Shown: piece by piece, positions 27,486-43,725 of the stretch | Layout of the letters: the number at the start of each line of letters is the position of its first letter | Numbering within the stretch: the stretch's first letter is position 1 | From: the human T2T-CHM13v2.0 reference genome, Homo sapiens | Strand: one strand, 5' to 3' | DNA: 64,000 nucleotides | Assembly: GCF_009914755.1 (NCBI RefSeq) | Contig: NC_060937.1 | Translations under genes and position numbers: made by a program | The notes under the pieces: generated by a model | What the model was told of the DNA's origin: nothing | The model's database searches: none | The model's input: the letters and a program-made list of their open reading frames with translations, nothing else

Positions 27486-28570
27486 TAGATTATAAAGTTT
27501 GTGGACAAAATAGAACACTCCATTATAAAAGCCTCCTTCATTTGTTTTGTTCTCTGGTGTTTGATTTGACTGATGTGGATTTGAGTATGGAAGTGTTCCA
27601 TGCCTTATTAAGGAAAGCACTTTGGGAATTGGCCAGGGCCCACTTAACTTAGTTTCAGAATGGCAGCACTTTGGCAGTCCTCAGTTTCTCTTATTTCCTA
27701 ACCCATCCCTACTCATTAAGACGGGGCTATTGCATTCCATTTTCAGGGAATGCTCTTTCATTTTTCGTTGGTGAGAGAACATGAATGCCTCTTAAAATGG
27801 TGGTTTGAGCTTGCTGAGAATTTTAGGGGATCCACAGAGTTGAAAAGTCTTACAGGCTATCAGTGAAGCATGGAGGGTTTTCGTTATGAAAATGTCCTGA
27901 GATGGGGGGAAGACTGGACAGATGAGGTAGGGGAGCCTCCTTGCAAAGTTAGAATTCAGCTGTTTATACTGGTAACAGAATCTGCTTTAGTAAGGATGAA
28001 GCAAAAAGAAAAACGATATTAACACCTTGAGAAAATCTCTGTATTGTGAGCTTAATCCAACAACTCCAACGATGTTAGCTACTTTTTCAAAATACATCTT
28101 AGCCCTTGTTACAATAACATTTACTTGTGGAGTGAAATTTTGTATTAGGCAGATTCACTGTAATCAGTAATCTTCCTTCCATTGAGATTCTTCCTGTTAC
28201 TTTCTTATTTAAAAACCTTCAGTAGCCTGCATCCTCAGGGTTCTGTTTACAGAGACCCTTAACAGTCTATTCAGCCTTACTTCTGCCATTATCCCTACTC
28301 TAGGCTGAGTGTTAACCATACCTACCTATGTACATTTGCAGCTGTGCCATTTTATCTGTTTGGATTCTTAACCCCCTCTCTTGCCCAAGTGCCTAGTGGC
28401 GCCCTGTTGGCACGTTGAGGGGTAGCTTAAGTGTTTACTTCTTTCCCGACTCCCTCAGTCCGTGTTAGCAGTACCCTCTTCCATACTCTTCTATTATCTT
28501 CTGCATACTTCTGTACTCCACCTATCTGTTGCCATGAAACAGGTCACCCCAAAACAGTGGCTTAGAACAA

Positions 28571-29250
<680 letters not shown>

Positions 29251-29536
29251 GTATCTTCCATTGTACTTAATCTATGGGTCTTATATTCAGCAGTATTCTA
29301 TGTTATGTAAGGAGTTGTGGCGTGAAACCACTTCCTTCATGTTTTTATGTTTCTTTTTAATTAAATTTTAAGCCTGGGAATCTTGGTAATGACATATTAT
29401 ATGCAAAATATGTAATATTAGACTTGATTTTCATCAGATCAGTTTTAGCACTTTTCAGTGTGCAAAGGTGGGTGGTAATGGCTTTTTCCAAAGCATAGTC
29501 CCTTGGTTGTATTACACTATTAATGACTATGGGTAG

Positions 29537-29966
29537 TGTCAGACCCCGAGCCCAAGCCAAGCCATCACATCCCCTGTGACTTAAACGTATACATCCAGAT
29601 GGCCTGAAGTAACTGAAGATCCACAAAAGAAGTAAAAATAGCCTTAACTGATGACATTCCACCATTGTGATTTGTTTCTGCCCCACCCTAACTGATCAAT
29701 GTACTTTGTAATCTCCCCCACCCTTAAGAAGGTACTTTGTAATTCTCCTTACCCTTGAGAATGTACTTTGTGAGATCCACTCCTGCCCGCAAAACATTGC
29801 TCTTAACTTCACCGCCTATCCCAAAACCTATAAGAACTAATGATAATCCACCAACCTTTGCTGACTCTCTTTTCGGACTCAGCCCACCTGCACCCAGGTG
29901 AAATAAACAGCCATGTTGCTCACACAAAGCCTGTTTGGTGGTCTCCTCACATGGACGTGCATGAAA
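29537..29966 (+). mobile_element. HERV-H solo LTR (LTR7 family, LTR7Y-like), sense to LRCH1
   Basis: tgtcaga...gtgcatgaaa (430 bp) with perfect 5-bp TSD ggtag (29532-29536 and 29967-29971); TATAA 29829-29833; AATAAA 29902-29907; CCCCACCC at 29681 and 29716. Confidence 0.95.
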
Positions 29967-30470
29967 GGTAGCATAATACAATTTTTGCTGAAGTTTTGTT
30001 GCTCTTCTACTTTTAAATTAAGGACCAGATAGGAAAGGACATATGGTAATCTATCAAATATATAGCCATTGATATTTTCTTTGTTTTCTTTCACTAACCG
30101 GTTTATGCAAGATTTTTTTAAAAAAACAGCAAAATGAAAAGGTTCGTAATATCCTGACTTCCTGTTTTATTATAAATGAGATGAACACCAGGTAGTGTTA
30201 ATTTCCTTTAATTTCTTTATGAGTCATCCTCAAATTAATGTTTGAGGAATGGTTGGGTGTTTTCAAATATCTCCGACATCTTTTAGTTAGACAGCATAGT
30301 GAAATGGAAAGAAATTTTGAATCTGCTAGACTCAAGTTTGCATTTTGGTTCTGTCATTTACTCATAGATGTACTACTTGGAGTAATCATACTGATTTTGT
30401 AGACCAATTGGAAAGATAATTGACCAGTGTTTTAGGGTATATGTATATACACAAAATTTGACAGACATGT

Positions 30471-30552
30471 AATCACACAATGCTTAAGCCCCATATGTTA
30501 TTAAGCCCACACTTTGGTAAATAACATTTGGGGCTTAAGCATCTGTGTGATT
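30471..30552. repeat. Near-perfect inverted repeat (32/33-nt arms, 17-nt loop)
   Basis: aatcacaca-atgcttaagccccatatgttatt versus reverse complement of right arm aatcacacagatgcttaagccccaaatgttatt. Confidence 0.93.
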
Positions 30553-31225
30553 CTATATATGCCGGTATTTGTAAATGTAAAAGTGATACCAGCTAAATCA
30601 CCCATCTTTCTGGGAACTAAGTACAAAGGAATGGTTCTGTTTCTAACCCTTTGGCTTAGAGTATCATAGAGTTTTAAATTTGGCCAGATTTTAATTTGAC
30701 AGATAAAAAAATGAGGCACAGATAAAAAAACGAGAAGTTGAATGAATTATGAAAACTCACTAGAGGCAGAGTTGAGGACGTTGTCCAGTGCTCTGTTGTA
30801 TCATTATGTCACTGCCTGCCCTACTGTTTTCCTGCTCTTTCCCTCTTCTTCTTCCTCCCTCTCAGCCCTGGTCCACCTACCTTAGTGCATGCACACACGT
30901 ATGGCAAAGATCAACAAGGATGCTGGGTTCAGGGTCCTTTTCCCACTGGAGTCTGGCAACACTGTTCCTGCCTTGATATGGTTCTTGGTTGTTGGTCACT
31001 TAAAACAATGGCATATTTTGAAGGGCTGAATAGACTTCCTTCTTTTTAAGCTTTTCTTTTTATTTATACTTTTTGGATCCGTGTAATTTCTCTGAGTCAT
31101 CCACATTATTTTCTACTTTTTCTCAGTTTTCATGACCTGTATTACCATTACAGGTGTCTCTGCTATAATTCAATATACATATTCCTGAAAACCTCATGTT
31201 CTACAAAATCATACATTCAGAATAA

Positions 31226-31309
31226 TCTGGCTAATGGGAAATATTGGTTTGGGGCAGTCTGGCTTATGGGAAATATTGGTTTGGGGCAGTCTGGCTTATG
31301 GGAAATATT
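31226..31309. repeat. 32-bp tandem repeat, about 2.6 copies
   Basis: tctggct(a/t)atgggaaatattggtttggggcag repeated. Confidence 0.95.
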
Positions 31310-31612
31310 AAGTTGGGACCAACCACTCTAAATCTATGCTACTTTGCAAGCACAGCACTAACAAAAACAATGAAAACCATCATAAAACAGGAGCACAGTT
31401 CAGAAGACATACTACATTCCTACTATATACAGATACACTTTGGTAAATATGACTTTAACTCATGAAAATATGCGGGGCTGCTTGATGGAAGGGGATGTAA
31501 GGAAGGATATGAGGCTGGTGAGTACTGGGAGACAAGAATGAAACACACCAAGACGTTTGCATGAGATCATGCAAAGAGAATCATGCAGAAGGTACATCTA
31601 AGACACAAGGCC

Positions 31613-31936
31613 AACCGGGCATGGTGGCTCATGCCTGTAATCCCAGCACTTTGGGAGGCTGAGGTGGGCAGGTCACAAGGTCAGGAGTTCGAGACCTGAC
31701 CTTTAACAGTCTATTCAGCCTGGCAACTATGGTGAAATCCCGTCTCCACTAAAAGTACAAAAAATTAGCTGGGTGTGGTGGCACGCACCAGTAGTCCCAG
31801 CTACTCAGGAGGCTGAGGCAGGAGAATCACTTGAACTTGGGAGGCAGAGGTTGCAGTGAGCCGAGATCACACCACTGCAATCCAGCCTGGGCGACAGAGC
31901 GATTCTCTGTCTCAGGGAAAAAAAAAAAAAAAAAAA
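31613..31936 (+). mobile_element. AluS (Sg-like) carrying a 20-nt non-Alu insert
   Basis: Full Alu with acacaaggcc on both flanks; insert at about 31697-31716. Confidence 0.93.
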
Positions 31937-34900
31937 CACAAGGCCCGGCAGGCTGAGACCATGACAGGAACGGTTAGAGTGGACCCTGGTGCAGTGTGGG
32001 GTGCTCTGTTCAGCCTCACTATGAATTTCACATCCAGCTTCTGTTACTTGGAGATATAAAACAGTAATGTGTGGAGACAAATCGTGGATGAACCAACTCC
32101 TGAGTTATGGCGTCATCAATCTGCTATGACCAGTCAAATTCGCAGTATAGAAACATGTCTTGTAGCTGGACAGAAAACATCCAGCTCTACTGCTGCTAAA
32201 CATCATGGAATGTACCCATTGGTTTATCCATATAGTAAGTTTTAACATTATTTTTAATATATTGTTCATTCTGAATTTGACAGTGGTCTGCCAAGTCTCC
32301 CTGAACTCCACAAATTAAATAAAGGTATCTCAGAGGGCCTTTCCCAAGAACTTTAATGCCATCTTCCTAGCAAGCTATAGAAAACATTTGAAAACCCCAA
32401 GGGCAAAGTTCCAGGGCTGCCTAGGGGCAAAATCAGTGAACAGAGTAGTAAACTGATAAAACCAGCATAGAGGCCTCTGTGGGGGAAAAAGACACCTTTC
32501 TGCAGTTAATAAACAGTACCAAAGAACACTGATTGTCTTCTCAGGGTTTGTAGCCCATTTCTGTTTTTATTTTTAAATCTCACCTGTTATTTTTGTTTTT
32601 AGCTGTTCCATAGTAGTCTGATGGAAATACACTTTATGTGTTCTTGTGTGCCAATCAAAAATAAAATAAGCACAATGAATACCTCTAATTGCATAGTTCA
32701 TGAAAGGCTTGAAAAGATGCAGAGCAGCTGGCTAATGCTGCCAATGAGCCATTGGCTGGAGCCCCTTGTAACTCAGCCTTTGATTCTGTCTTCAGCAAGC
32801 CCCAGCATCCTCAGGGCCCATGTGATGGGTGCTCAGTGGAACTCCAGACTTTGTGGAGGGCTCTGTGGTTCTGCTGCTGGGGAAACTGTGTGTTTCTGAG
32901 CCTATGGGAATGGGTCAGAAAGCCTGGGAAATGGGGGAGAATAGGAGCAGGAACACAAATGAGGAGCCAGCAATGCAGGTTGCTATTATGTCGCATGTCA
33001 CTTCCTACGAATATCTTGATAGATTAGCTTCCTTCAGGCCCAAAACCTTGAATGGACATGAACCACAGTATCAGGGCTAAATGAGTAACAGCCCAAACCA
33101 GGTCCACTCTCCAGACAGTTAGAAAAGGTAGACATCTCTTGTAGCTGGATGGAGCAGGGGTCTCCCCCAGGGGTGGTAATTCAGCAGGTCTTTAAAGAAT
33201 GAATAGGATTAAAGTAAGTGAAAATGGAAAGCTGAAGGCAGGGAAGGAAAGTGAGGCTCAGGGAGAATTCTGGGCAAGGGAAAGTTACAGAGTGATTCCT
33301 TAGAGCTTGTGAGTCTAACAATTTTGATGTCAATGGACCTTATTCTTGGAACCACAGGGCAACTGATTGACTTTAGTTTTCTTTTTTGCTATATTCTTGC
33401 CACTCACTCAATGACTGCTCATTGAAAATTGATGATAATGGCCATATGGAAAGTCTCAGAGCTTATCTAGGATTTGAGTCCCTGAGGCATAATCAGTGGG
33501 TGGAAGAGCAGATGGATGGGGCAGACTATTTTTCTGTTCCTTCCTGTGACAGTTGATTATAAGTTATAAAAATGGGCATTCTCTTTGTGATCTTAGCTTC
33601 CAAAATTACGGAAGGTTATCACTATTTATTATTACTACTTTCTCAGCAAACTCAAAGAATCAGAGTGATATTGATTATTTAGATTTAGCAATGGGGGACT
33701 TAAGCTCTTATAAATCAGGGTCATCTGAATCTAAAGATGTATGTCTTTCTTATTTCAGTCTGACCAGTTATTTAAGAATCCAAGATACCTTTACTTTTTA
33801 TTTGAAGTTCCTTAATTTGATAAGAGCTCTACCAAGCAGTTGGTTCTGTTTCTCTTTCAGTTCTCTGCCAAGCTTTTGTGTGTCTTAAGACACTGGGACT
33901 GGGAAAAGACTGCAGTGTTTGTTAAATGTAAATTATACTGAGCCTTGAGGATTTGAATGCATGGGGAGAGGTACATTTTGGCTTTCCTTCCTTTGTAAAA
34001 TGCAGTTAAACTGATATCCAGAACAATGGTGAGAAAACACCAATTAACTGAATGTATGAAAGACAGTAAAATAAACAAGGTGGGCAGTCCTGTATGTGAG
34101 GCATTTTTAAACTCTTTGCTGTGTAAGTGCAGGCTTTTGGAAAGATCTGCTTTTCACTTTGATTTTTGCAGTCCCACACCAGCTTGCTTCTGGTTCTGCC
34201 TTCAGGGACATATGTGCTCTCTAGATCTGGGAATCTTTTTGTCTGGAGACCTCAAGATTGGGATCTGCACCCTCCCCACCCCTTCCTGTCTGAACTCTAT
34301 TTTAGATCTGCAGTAAAGACTTGAGGCTTTTTGCAAGCTTTCAACTCTGAGGTATTTTGGAAAACTGTAATTTTGTTTGTTCTCTGCTGTATGCATGTGG
34401 TTTCTTAAAACACGAGTGTGATTATTTTCTGCATCCTTTCCATAGCAAACATTTCCCTCAAACTACATGCTCCAAAAGTAGGTTCTCACTGCACTTGCCA
34501 TGCCGTCTCATTGCTTATTGAGAGTGACTGTCTCTTTACAACAAATCAACTGGTTACAATTTTGAGGCTTTTTAGGTGGCTTCCAAACTTGTCTTGGGGT
34601 TTGTCCCTCATATGTTCAGCAGCCAAACATGCTCAATGCATTGTATATTTCCCAGCAAGCCATGAAGCACTATTGACTTATTATGAAACTTAATTTGATG
34701 ATAATGAGGCAGGTCTATAAAATAGCACTTTGGGTAGTTTTTACCCATAAAATAGCAATTTGTGGAAGACCGTTAGTATGTAGCATGGACTCTGAAGCTA
34801 GAGAACTTGAGTTTGAGTCTCAGCTTTTCTACTTTTTTTTTCTAGTAATTTTATTTATTTTATGTTTTACTGTTAAATTCTTAACCTACCTGGAATTTAG

Positions 34901-35147
34901 TTTGGTATAGGGAGTCATGTTTGGATCTAGTTGTTGATTCTTTTTAAATATAATTTTTAGTGATTTTTTTATTGTGATAAAATATACATAAGATTTATCA
35001 TTTTAACCATTTTAATTTAGATGTACAATTCAGTGGCACTAAACACAATCACAAGTTTTCCACTTTTTAGCTGTGTTAGAGGTCAAATTATTTTACCTTT
35101 CTGCGTCTCCGTTTCCTCTTCTGCAAGTGGGAATAATACTCCCATTA

Positions 35148-35473
<326 letters not shown>

Positions 35474-37077
35474 CCTAAATTCATAGGAAACACTTGATGA
35501 CTTGATGTGTACAGGACAAAATAAGTGCTTAATAATAGTTGATGGCCATGAGGATTTGTGGTACTGGCAGTCCCCCATTTGCTAGTTAAGAAGCATTTTT
35601 TGAGCCTGGTGCCATATGTCTGCCCCATACATATGCCTGTGTGGTCACAGTAATTGCCGGTTGAATCACAGTGGAGACCTCGAGAATTCTCATTGGTAAC
35701 ACCGGATAATTTTTTCATCATTTTTATGTCCACTTTAGCATGAGACTAATATACAGTTTGAACTTCAGGGGAGAAAAGAAGATTTTCTAACAGATTTATA
35801 TTTCAAATTGTTTACAAGACAATTGAAAATGAAAAGATAAAACCTACTTACTCTTCAAGTTCAAGGCATAATGCAAGAGGCTTGAAGAGGGTAGACTTCT
35901 GAATATATTCCATAAACAGTATCTCTTTTCAGAGCTTTTGAGAAAACCCTTGTTTAAAAAAAATATGAGCAACAATTATTTGTTATTCATGAATTCTAGA
36001 TGTGTAAATTGTGTGATCAAAATGAGAGGAAAAAGAGAAGTCTCAAGAGAATAAGCATTTTGTCTACATTTAAGTCTTTTGGAAATGATATGTTTGAAAA
36101 TAATATACCTGTTAAATATATTTCCTTAAATTATTTAGATAAACTGTTTCTATTGTAGTTTCTGGTAAACAGTAATATGAAATGGTTTCTATTTTATTGT
36201 CAACAACTTCATTACTTTTTAATGCAGCAAAAAGCTTCCAAATAGATCTGTTAAAAAGACTGCAGAAATCCTCTGAATTGAATAAACTATTTCTAGCCTT
36301 AACATTCATGCTTCCACAGTGGAATATACTATATTCAGCCACCATCACAAAAAATGTCTTTCTTATCAGTGCTGCCCTAGCTAAATGTGAACTTTAAAAA
36401 TTGGAAAATCAGGCACTTTGTAGACAGTTCACTCTTTGTTTCATATTTTTGGGCTAAGGAAAAAAAATTGCCCAAGGAAGTATTTCTGGAAGGAGTCTAA
36501 CTTCTCAATAAACATAGTAGTTTAGCCTACAATATTTTTGTTGTTTTGGGAATTGATAGTGACCCTAAATATAACAAAAGAATATTGATTTCTAAAGCAT
36601 GGATCGTGTTGGTTCCTAAAAAGTGAGTGATAATGTAGCAATTAAATTCTGCCCTGTATTATACACAGTTGGTCAGGGTATCAGCAGAATGCCATCATCA
36701 TTATTGAATTGTGTAATAAATACTTGGGGCAGAGTGCCATAGTGGAAATAAAACTACATTTTGGTTTAGGACTTCCTGCCCTAGCCCATGGCCTATAGAG
36801 CCAAGCCTTCACGTTTCAAGAAGTTGTGAGGGGAAAGAGACAGGCATTGGCCTCATGGTAGCAGCTGCTGGAGGGTTCTTTTCCTAGCTCATTTTCTTTC
36901 CTCATGTTTCACATTTTTCCAGGGTGACATCACGTGTGGTAACTATTTGTATGGATCTTCCAAGCCCGCATTTTAGCCAAGACATTTCTCATGGGCTCCA
37001 GACCCACAATCTGGTGGTCAACATACTCTCTACTTGGTTGCTCCATAGATACCCTAAGTCAAGGCATGAATATCTAA

Positions 37078-37433
<356 letters not shown>

Positions 37434-38702
37434 TTTCCTGCATTTCTTTTGAGCATCTAGCACGTTTCCAGTCATTCATCCACGTCAGAAAGCCCCAGAT
37501 GCCACCAGCTCTTCTTTGCTTTCAATGTTTAATGGAACACTAAGGTCTGCGAATTCTACCTCACAAATGTCTTCCCTGGCGAATCCTCCTTTCTGTGCCA
37601 CCCATCTTCACCTTATTTCGGGCCTTCCTCATTTCTCACCTGGATCTTTGTAACCATGGCCTCTAGAGCTGGCTCCCTGGATCCCTACTGGCCATCAATC
37701 CCATGTGCCTCAGCCGTAATGCCAGTCACAGTTCTCAAAGAGCTATTCTCTTCCTCCCTTCCTCATTCAGGCTGTGCCTGGTAATCTGGAGTGAATTTTC
37801 CACTCCATCCTGCAGACTTCCAAATACTTATCCAGAGGCTCAGCTTACAGCTCAATGCCTCTTTGAAGCCTTTCTCAACCTTTGCAGGGTTGAGATATAA
37901 CTATGCTGCTAAATGTAAATCTAACTCTTCATACATTTTCTCTTGTTTACCTGTCTCCCCCTCCTGTCAGAGTCTGAGTTACTTGAGGTTGTGAATTGAG
38001 TCTTATTTATGTCTGTCTCTAATATCTAGCATGGTGTGTCTCATTGATAGCAGACATCTATAAATGATTGAGTAAGTGAGCCAACGTGTGGGTGGTTTTT
38101 CCTGGGGCGGGAAGGGTTGGGAGGGTACCACGTAGTCAGTGTGAGCCTCCCTTCGGGCTCTTTGACTTTCCGATGAGCATGCTTACTGGTAGTGACTTCC
38201 CTTGACCCTTACCAGTTAGATACATGCTCTGGGACCAGAGCTGCAGAATATAAACCAGTAGTTTTGAAAAGTTATTATTATCTCCATAAGGATTGGGTTT
38301 TTTATAGGCACAGGTAACAAGGTTGAACACAACCAAGTGAACCCAGTGAATTCTATTTATTTCAGTGAGGTGTCTGTATGCACTGTGGCCATCCCAGAGG
38401 CCTTACTTTCAATTCATATCCACTAACTCAAGGGGGCTTTACTGCCACCCAGCACTCACACCGCCGTTCTCTTCTGCAGAGACTTTCCCGCAGTCTGTTC
38501 ACTGCTTCATACTTTCTCCTGCACTTAAACCTTTAGCATATCTCCATCCCTGCCTCTCAGCTAACGGGGCTTGCAGGCAATTAGAAAGAGCTTCCCTGTG
38601 TACCTGCCACCACATCTTCTCAGTTGTCTGCACTCGCTGGCTAGTCTCCCTTGCTGTGGAGGAATTGTTGATGCCCCTGGGAAGGCCACACCCTCCACTT
38701 GA

Positions 38703-39028
<326 letters not shown>

Positions 39029-39317
39029 CCCTCCCACCTTTTTAAGAACATCACTCCATCAGTTGTCTCCTTTCTCTTCTGAATAATCAGTTTTCCCCTG
39101 GCCACCAAGCTATTCCCATCAGCATACAAACATGCTGATTTCTTCCCCCATACCATGCCCCTCTCCAGCTTCCATTTATCTGCTCTGTTTTACTTTGACT
39201 TGCCTGAACTCATTATAACTTATTCCTCTCCTTTCAGTCTCTCTCTTTGCAAAGTTTTTAAAGCTTTTAATTTTGGTAAGATATATACAACACAACATCC
39301 AACTTACCATGTCAACC

Positions 39318-39659
<342 letters not shown>

Positions 39660-42600
39660 TAATGTCAGGTACATTTACATTATTAAGCCACCAATCTGCA
39701 GAATGTTTTCATCTTGCAAAACTGAAATTCTGTACCCAGTAAACATTAACACCTCATTTTTCCCTCCTCCAAGCCCCTGGCAACCATCCTTATACCTTCT
39801 ATCTCTGTAAATTTGACTACTCTGGGTAATCATCCATTCTCTCCTGAACCCACCTTCATCAGGCTTTTGCTCCTACATTCCCCCTCCACCACTTTTCTCA
39901 GGGTCACCTGTGGCCTCCACTTGTTGGATCTGACAGTCATTTCTCAGTCTTTGGCTGATTTGGCCCGGCAGCAGCTATAGGAACAGTGGAGCACTCCCTC
40001 CTCTTTGAAACACTGTCTTCACTTGGTTTCCAGGGACCTTGCTGGCCTGTGTTTTCCTTCTTCCTCACAGACCACTCCCTTTTAGTGTTCTTCCTCTTGT
40101 TGCCTCTGTAGGTTGGAATGTCCCAGGGCTGAGTGCATGGCCCTCTTCTCTAATCTTCACTCACTCCTCTTTAGAGTTGATGTCTTTCCATGCCATTTAT
40201 ACTCTTACAGTTCCCAACATTTGTCCCGAGGCCCAGCTGTGAACACTTCCTTACCTGCATATCTAATAGGTGTCTCAACATTTGCATCTCCAGAATGACT
40301 CTTGACCTGCCCCCCAATATCTGCCATAGGCTTCCACATCTGAGGATGGCAACTCCGTTCTTCCAATTTCTGAGGCCAAAATTGGGAATCATAATTGACT
40401 ACTCTTTTTCTCTCAAACCCCCATCCAATCAGCAAATTCAGTTGGCTTTACTTTCAAAAGATACAACCTGAATGTGACCACTTCTTGTCACTTCCACTCT
40501 GCCACTCAGGTCTAACCACCATCTTACATTGCTTGGGTTGTCACCTCCTCCCTGGCCTCCCTGCCTGCCCTAGATTCCAAACACAAATCTAGCGAGAAGA
40601 GCCTATGAAAATGTGAGCCACCCTCTGCTCCAAGCCCTCCAGTGGCCAGGAAATGGCAGACTTTTACAGTGGCCGAAAGCTCTATGTGATTGCCTACTCC
40701 ATGACCTCATTGGCCTCTTTTCTTGATTTTCTCACCCTTGTTCCCTCGCTGGAGTCCCACAGCCTTCCCTGGTGTGCCTGCAGTATGCCATCCTGCTGCT
40801 ACCTTAGGGCTTTTCTGCTCTCTGTCCCTCTGGGGAAAGGCTCAGCCCTTAAGGATCCCGTGCCTTCCTCTCTTCTTTCCGTCAGCTCTGCACTCAGCTG
40901 TCACCTTGGTTGCGAATTCTTCCCTGGTCACCCTGTTTAAAGTTGCCACGCTTCTCCCGCACTTCGTAGTTTTTTTTTTTCTTCTTATTTTTCTTTCTAG
41001 CACTTACCACCCTGTAACATGCCGTATATTTTACTTGTCATTTGTGTTTGTATCACCCCACTGGAGGGTGAGTTCTAGAGAGCGGGATTTCCTTGCCAGC
41101 GTTCGCTGGATTTGCCCACTGCTTAGAACTATTTCTGGCGCATAGTAGGTACACAGCAAGTATTCCTTGAATGACTATAGAGAAGAAGCTTTCACAAAAC
41201 AGAAAAGCGTAATTAATTGCCCACTTCAGCCTCCTAAACTGTAGGCTTCATTTGAAATTTCAAGTTCTTATTTTATCCAAAAGAGAACAAAGCTGAATTA
41301 AACATTGCTTCAAACGATATCTTTGAATCGTTTCCAAGAAGGATGTATAGATGAAATTATAATTTAGGTTGCTATGGATACATTTATACATATAAAATAT
41401 TTGTGACAAATATAGTATTTGTATTATATACAAGAAAATTACTATGGATTTGCAAATCGATTCATATAAAATTTACTTTCTTATGGGACATTAAATATAT
41501 TACAGTAGCTTTGAATTTTCTGAATTATATTTACTTAAAAATGTCACTGGCAATACCTTTGAGGGTTACTTTTTTTGGATAAAACTTGTGGCAATAATTC
41601 CTCCTTTGACTTCTTCAGCAATATGTTAAAACTGGCACGGAATCTTTGAATAGCTTTTGAATTTTTATCTCGTTTGAAATTAACCAGTTACTGATGTAAT
41701 TAATACCATATGGTATAAATTTTGAATTCTGCATGATTTCTACTTCAAAATGATGCCTGCTGCCTTCATTCTACTTTATGTTTAACACAAGTATTTGGAA
41801 AACCTGAGTAGTGGTTATCTGGCTTAGTGGAACTATAATTTACTCCAGGTAAAAAGGAGGATTCATTTCTTTATGTTGGAAGTCTTTAAAAATATACTGA
41901 TACATTTCCATCCCAAATTAGCAAGTCTGTTAGAGGGACAATAATTTTATCTTTGCTAACTGAAGATCTTACATGGCCTCATGCCTAAGATTATTTACTA
42001 CACATTGTATCAAAATAAAAAAAGTTTGATATGCCACTAAAAGGCTTTTTTAAATAGGAGAGATCTAATCAATCACATACGTGAACGTGCTGTTTATACT
42101 ACAAAACCTCTAGATCCTCTTTACCTTTGCAAGGGGGGTGGGTAGTTTTGGCTTTCCTTATGTTTTTATTTGTTATTTGTGAAGTATATAATAAAAGAAA
42201 ATCTAAGAAATTGAGGATTATGGTTAACTGAAGTGTAATAGACTGTTTCACGGTATATTTGACTTCAACAGCTTCCAGCAAAGAAAAATCCTGGAAAAAA
42301 ACTTTCTGGTTTGGTCATTTTTATTATAAAAGGCTTTCTATTTTCCAGCAAAGAACATTTCTTTTATGGTTAAGAGTTTCAATATTTATGTAATTAGCAA
42401 CTCACAGCAGTGCCTTGTTTCATTCTTGATTCTAATCCTGGAATGATAACATACCAGCAAAGCAGCAGCCGTAGCGTCCACAGAGCCTACTTCTCTGCCT
42501 TTTTTCTGTCTCCCTGTAGAGAGAAGTCCACTCTTTTCTCTGATCCCAGTGTAGTAATGTAAATTTGGGCATGCAGAAAGTCAATGTGCCTTAGCATCCT

Positions 42601-43489
42601 TGGGATTCATTTTCTTTGCATTTCCGAAATTACTCACCTTGTAGCAGTTGTCAGATCCCTTAATTAGTAACTAGTTTTCTTTGAATTATGGTATCACATA
42701 GACTGTCTGTGGTCTGGCTGGTAAGAGACTGTTACCAGCTGCTCAGCTTTAGTCAGGCAATAAGGTATTTGTTACACTTCAAATAATCATGTGATTTAGT
42801 GAAAGGCCATTTGAGCTCTAAAGCCTCACAGTGGAAAGTTTCTGAGACCTCTGCCCTCCCTCTCACACCCCAGAGAATCCCTAGTCTCCTGCCTTCCTCT
42901 CATGCTATCTGCATGATTGCTGTTGGCCTGCTCGGCCAGGAAGATGGTCCGACACACACCCCTGTTCACTGCCCAGGGTCTCAGGATCCCTGTCCTAGGC
43001 AGAGTCCCAAGCAGTGTTGTACCTGCCAGGAAGCCCTTTGGGCTCTTCTGCACCCTTGGGGACCAGTGTCCCTACAGTAATCTGTACTCATGTTTATTCC
43101 CACACTTCTCTCTAGAATTTAAGTCATGAGCTGTGTGTCTCCCTTTCTGCACTCAGAGAGTATCAGAGGAGGCCTGGTGTCCTAGTTATATTTCATTTTT
43201 CAACTGTCATTTGTTGAACTCCAGACACTGCTAACTGCTTTGCATGCATCATCTTACTTCTTCTTCCCAGTGTTTATAAGGTGCAACTGAACCAAGCCAT
43301 ATAGTTGGCACTGTGATGAGTGAGGGAACAGATACATTGATCATTGAATGGAGCTAGAGAAAACTGTTAAGTAAGTTGACTACTAATTTAGTGGAAAGAG
43401 AAACCTTCAAACTAACTTACAGATTGTTCACTTATTGTACAAAACTATTATTTATTTATTTGTGTCTCATGGAACCCAGTAATAGCTAA

Positions 43490-43725
43490 CATAATAATGA
43501 TAGCAGTTATTCTTAGAGTGCTTCACTCTGTGGCAGGCACTGCTCTAAGGGCTTTATATGTATCATCCCATTCAGTCCTTTCACTAATTCAATGGAGCCA
43601 GTACTATTAATGTCCTCATGTTACAGATGCAGAAATTGAGGCATAGAGAAATTAAGTAATTACTTCCAAGTTCATGCAGCTAAGTGGTGGGACCAGAGTT
43701 TGAACTCAAGCTGTCTGACATGAGG
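43490..43725. mobile_element. MIR
   Basis: ggcactgctctaagggcttta...ttacagatgcagaaattgaggcatagaga. Confidence 0.8.

Noticed and set aside
31226-31309. CRISPR-like 32-bp repeats
   Set aside because: Head-to-tail repeats with no spacers, in primate DNA.
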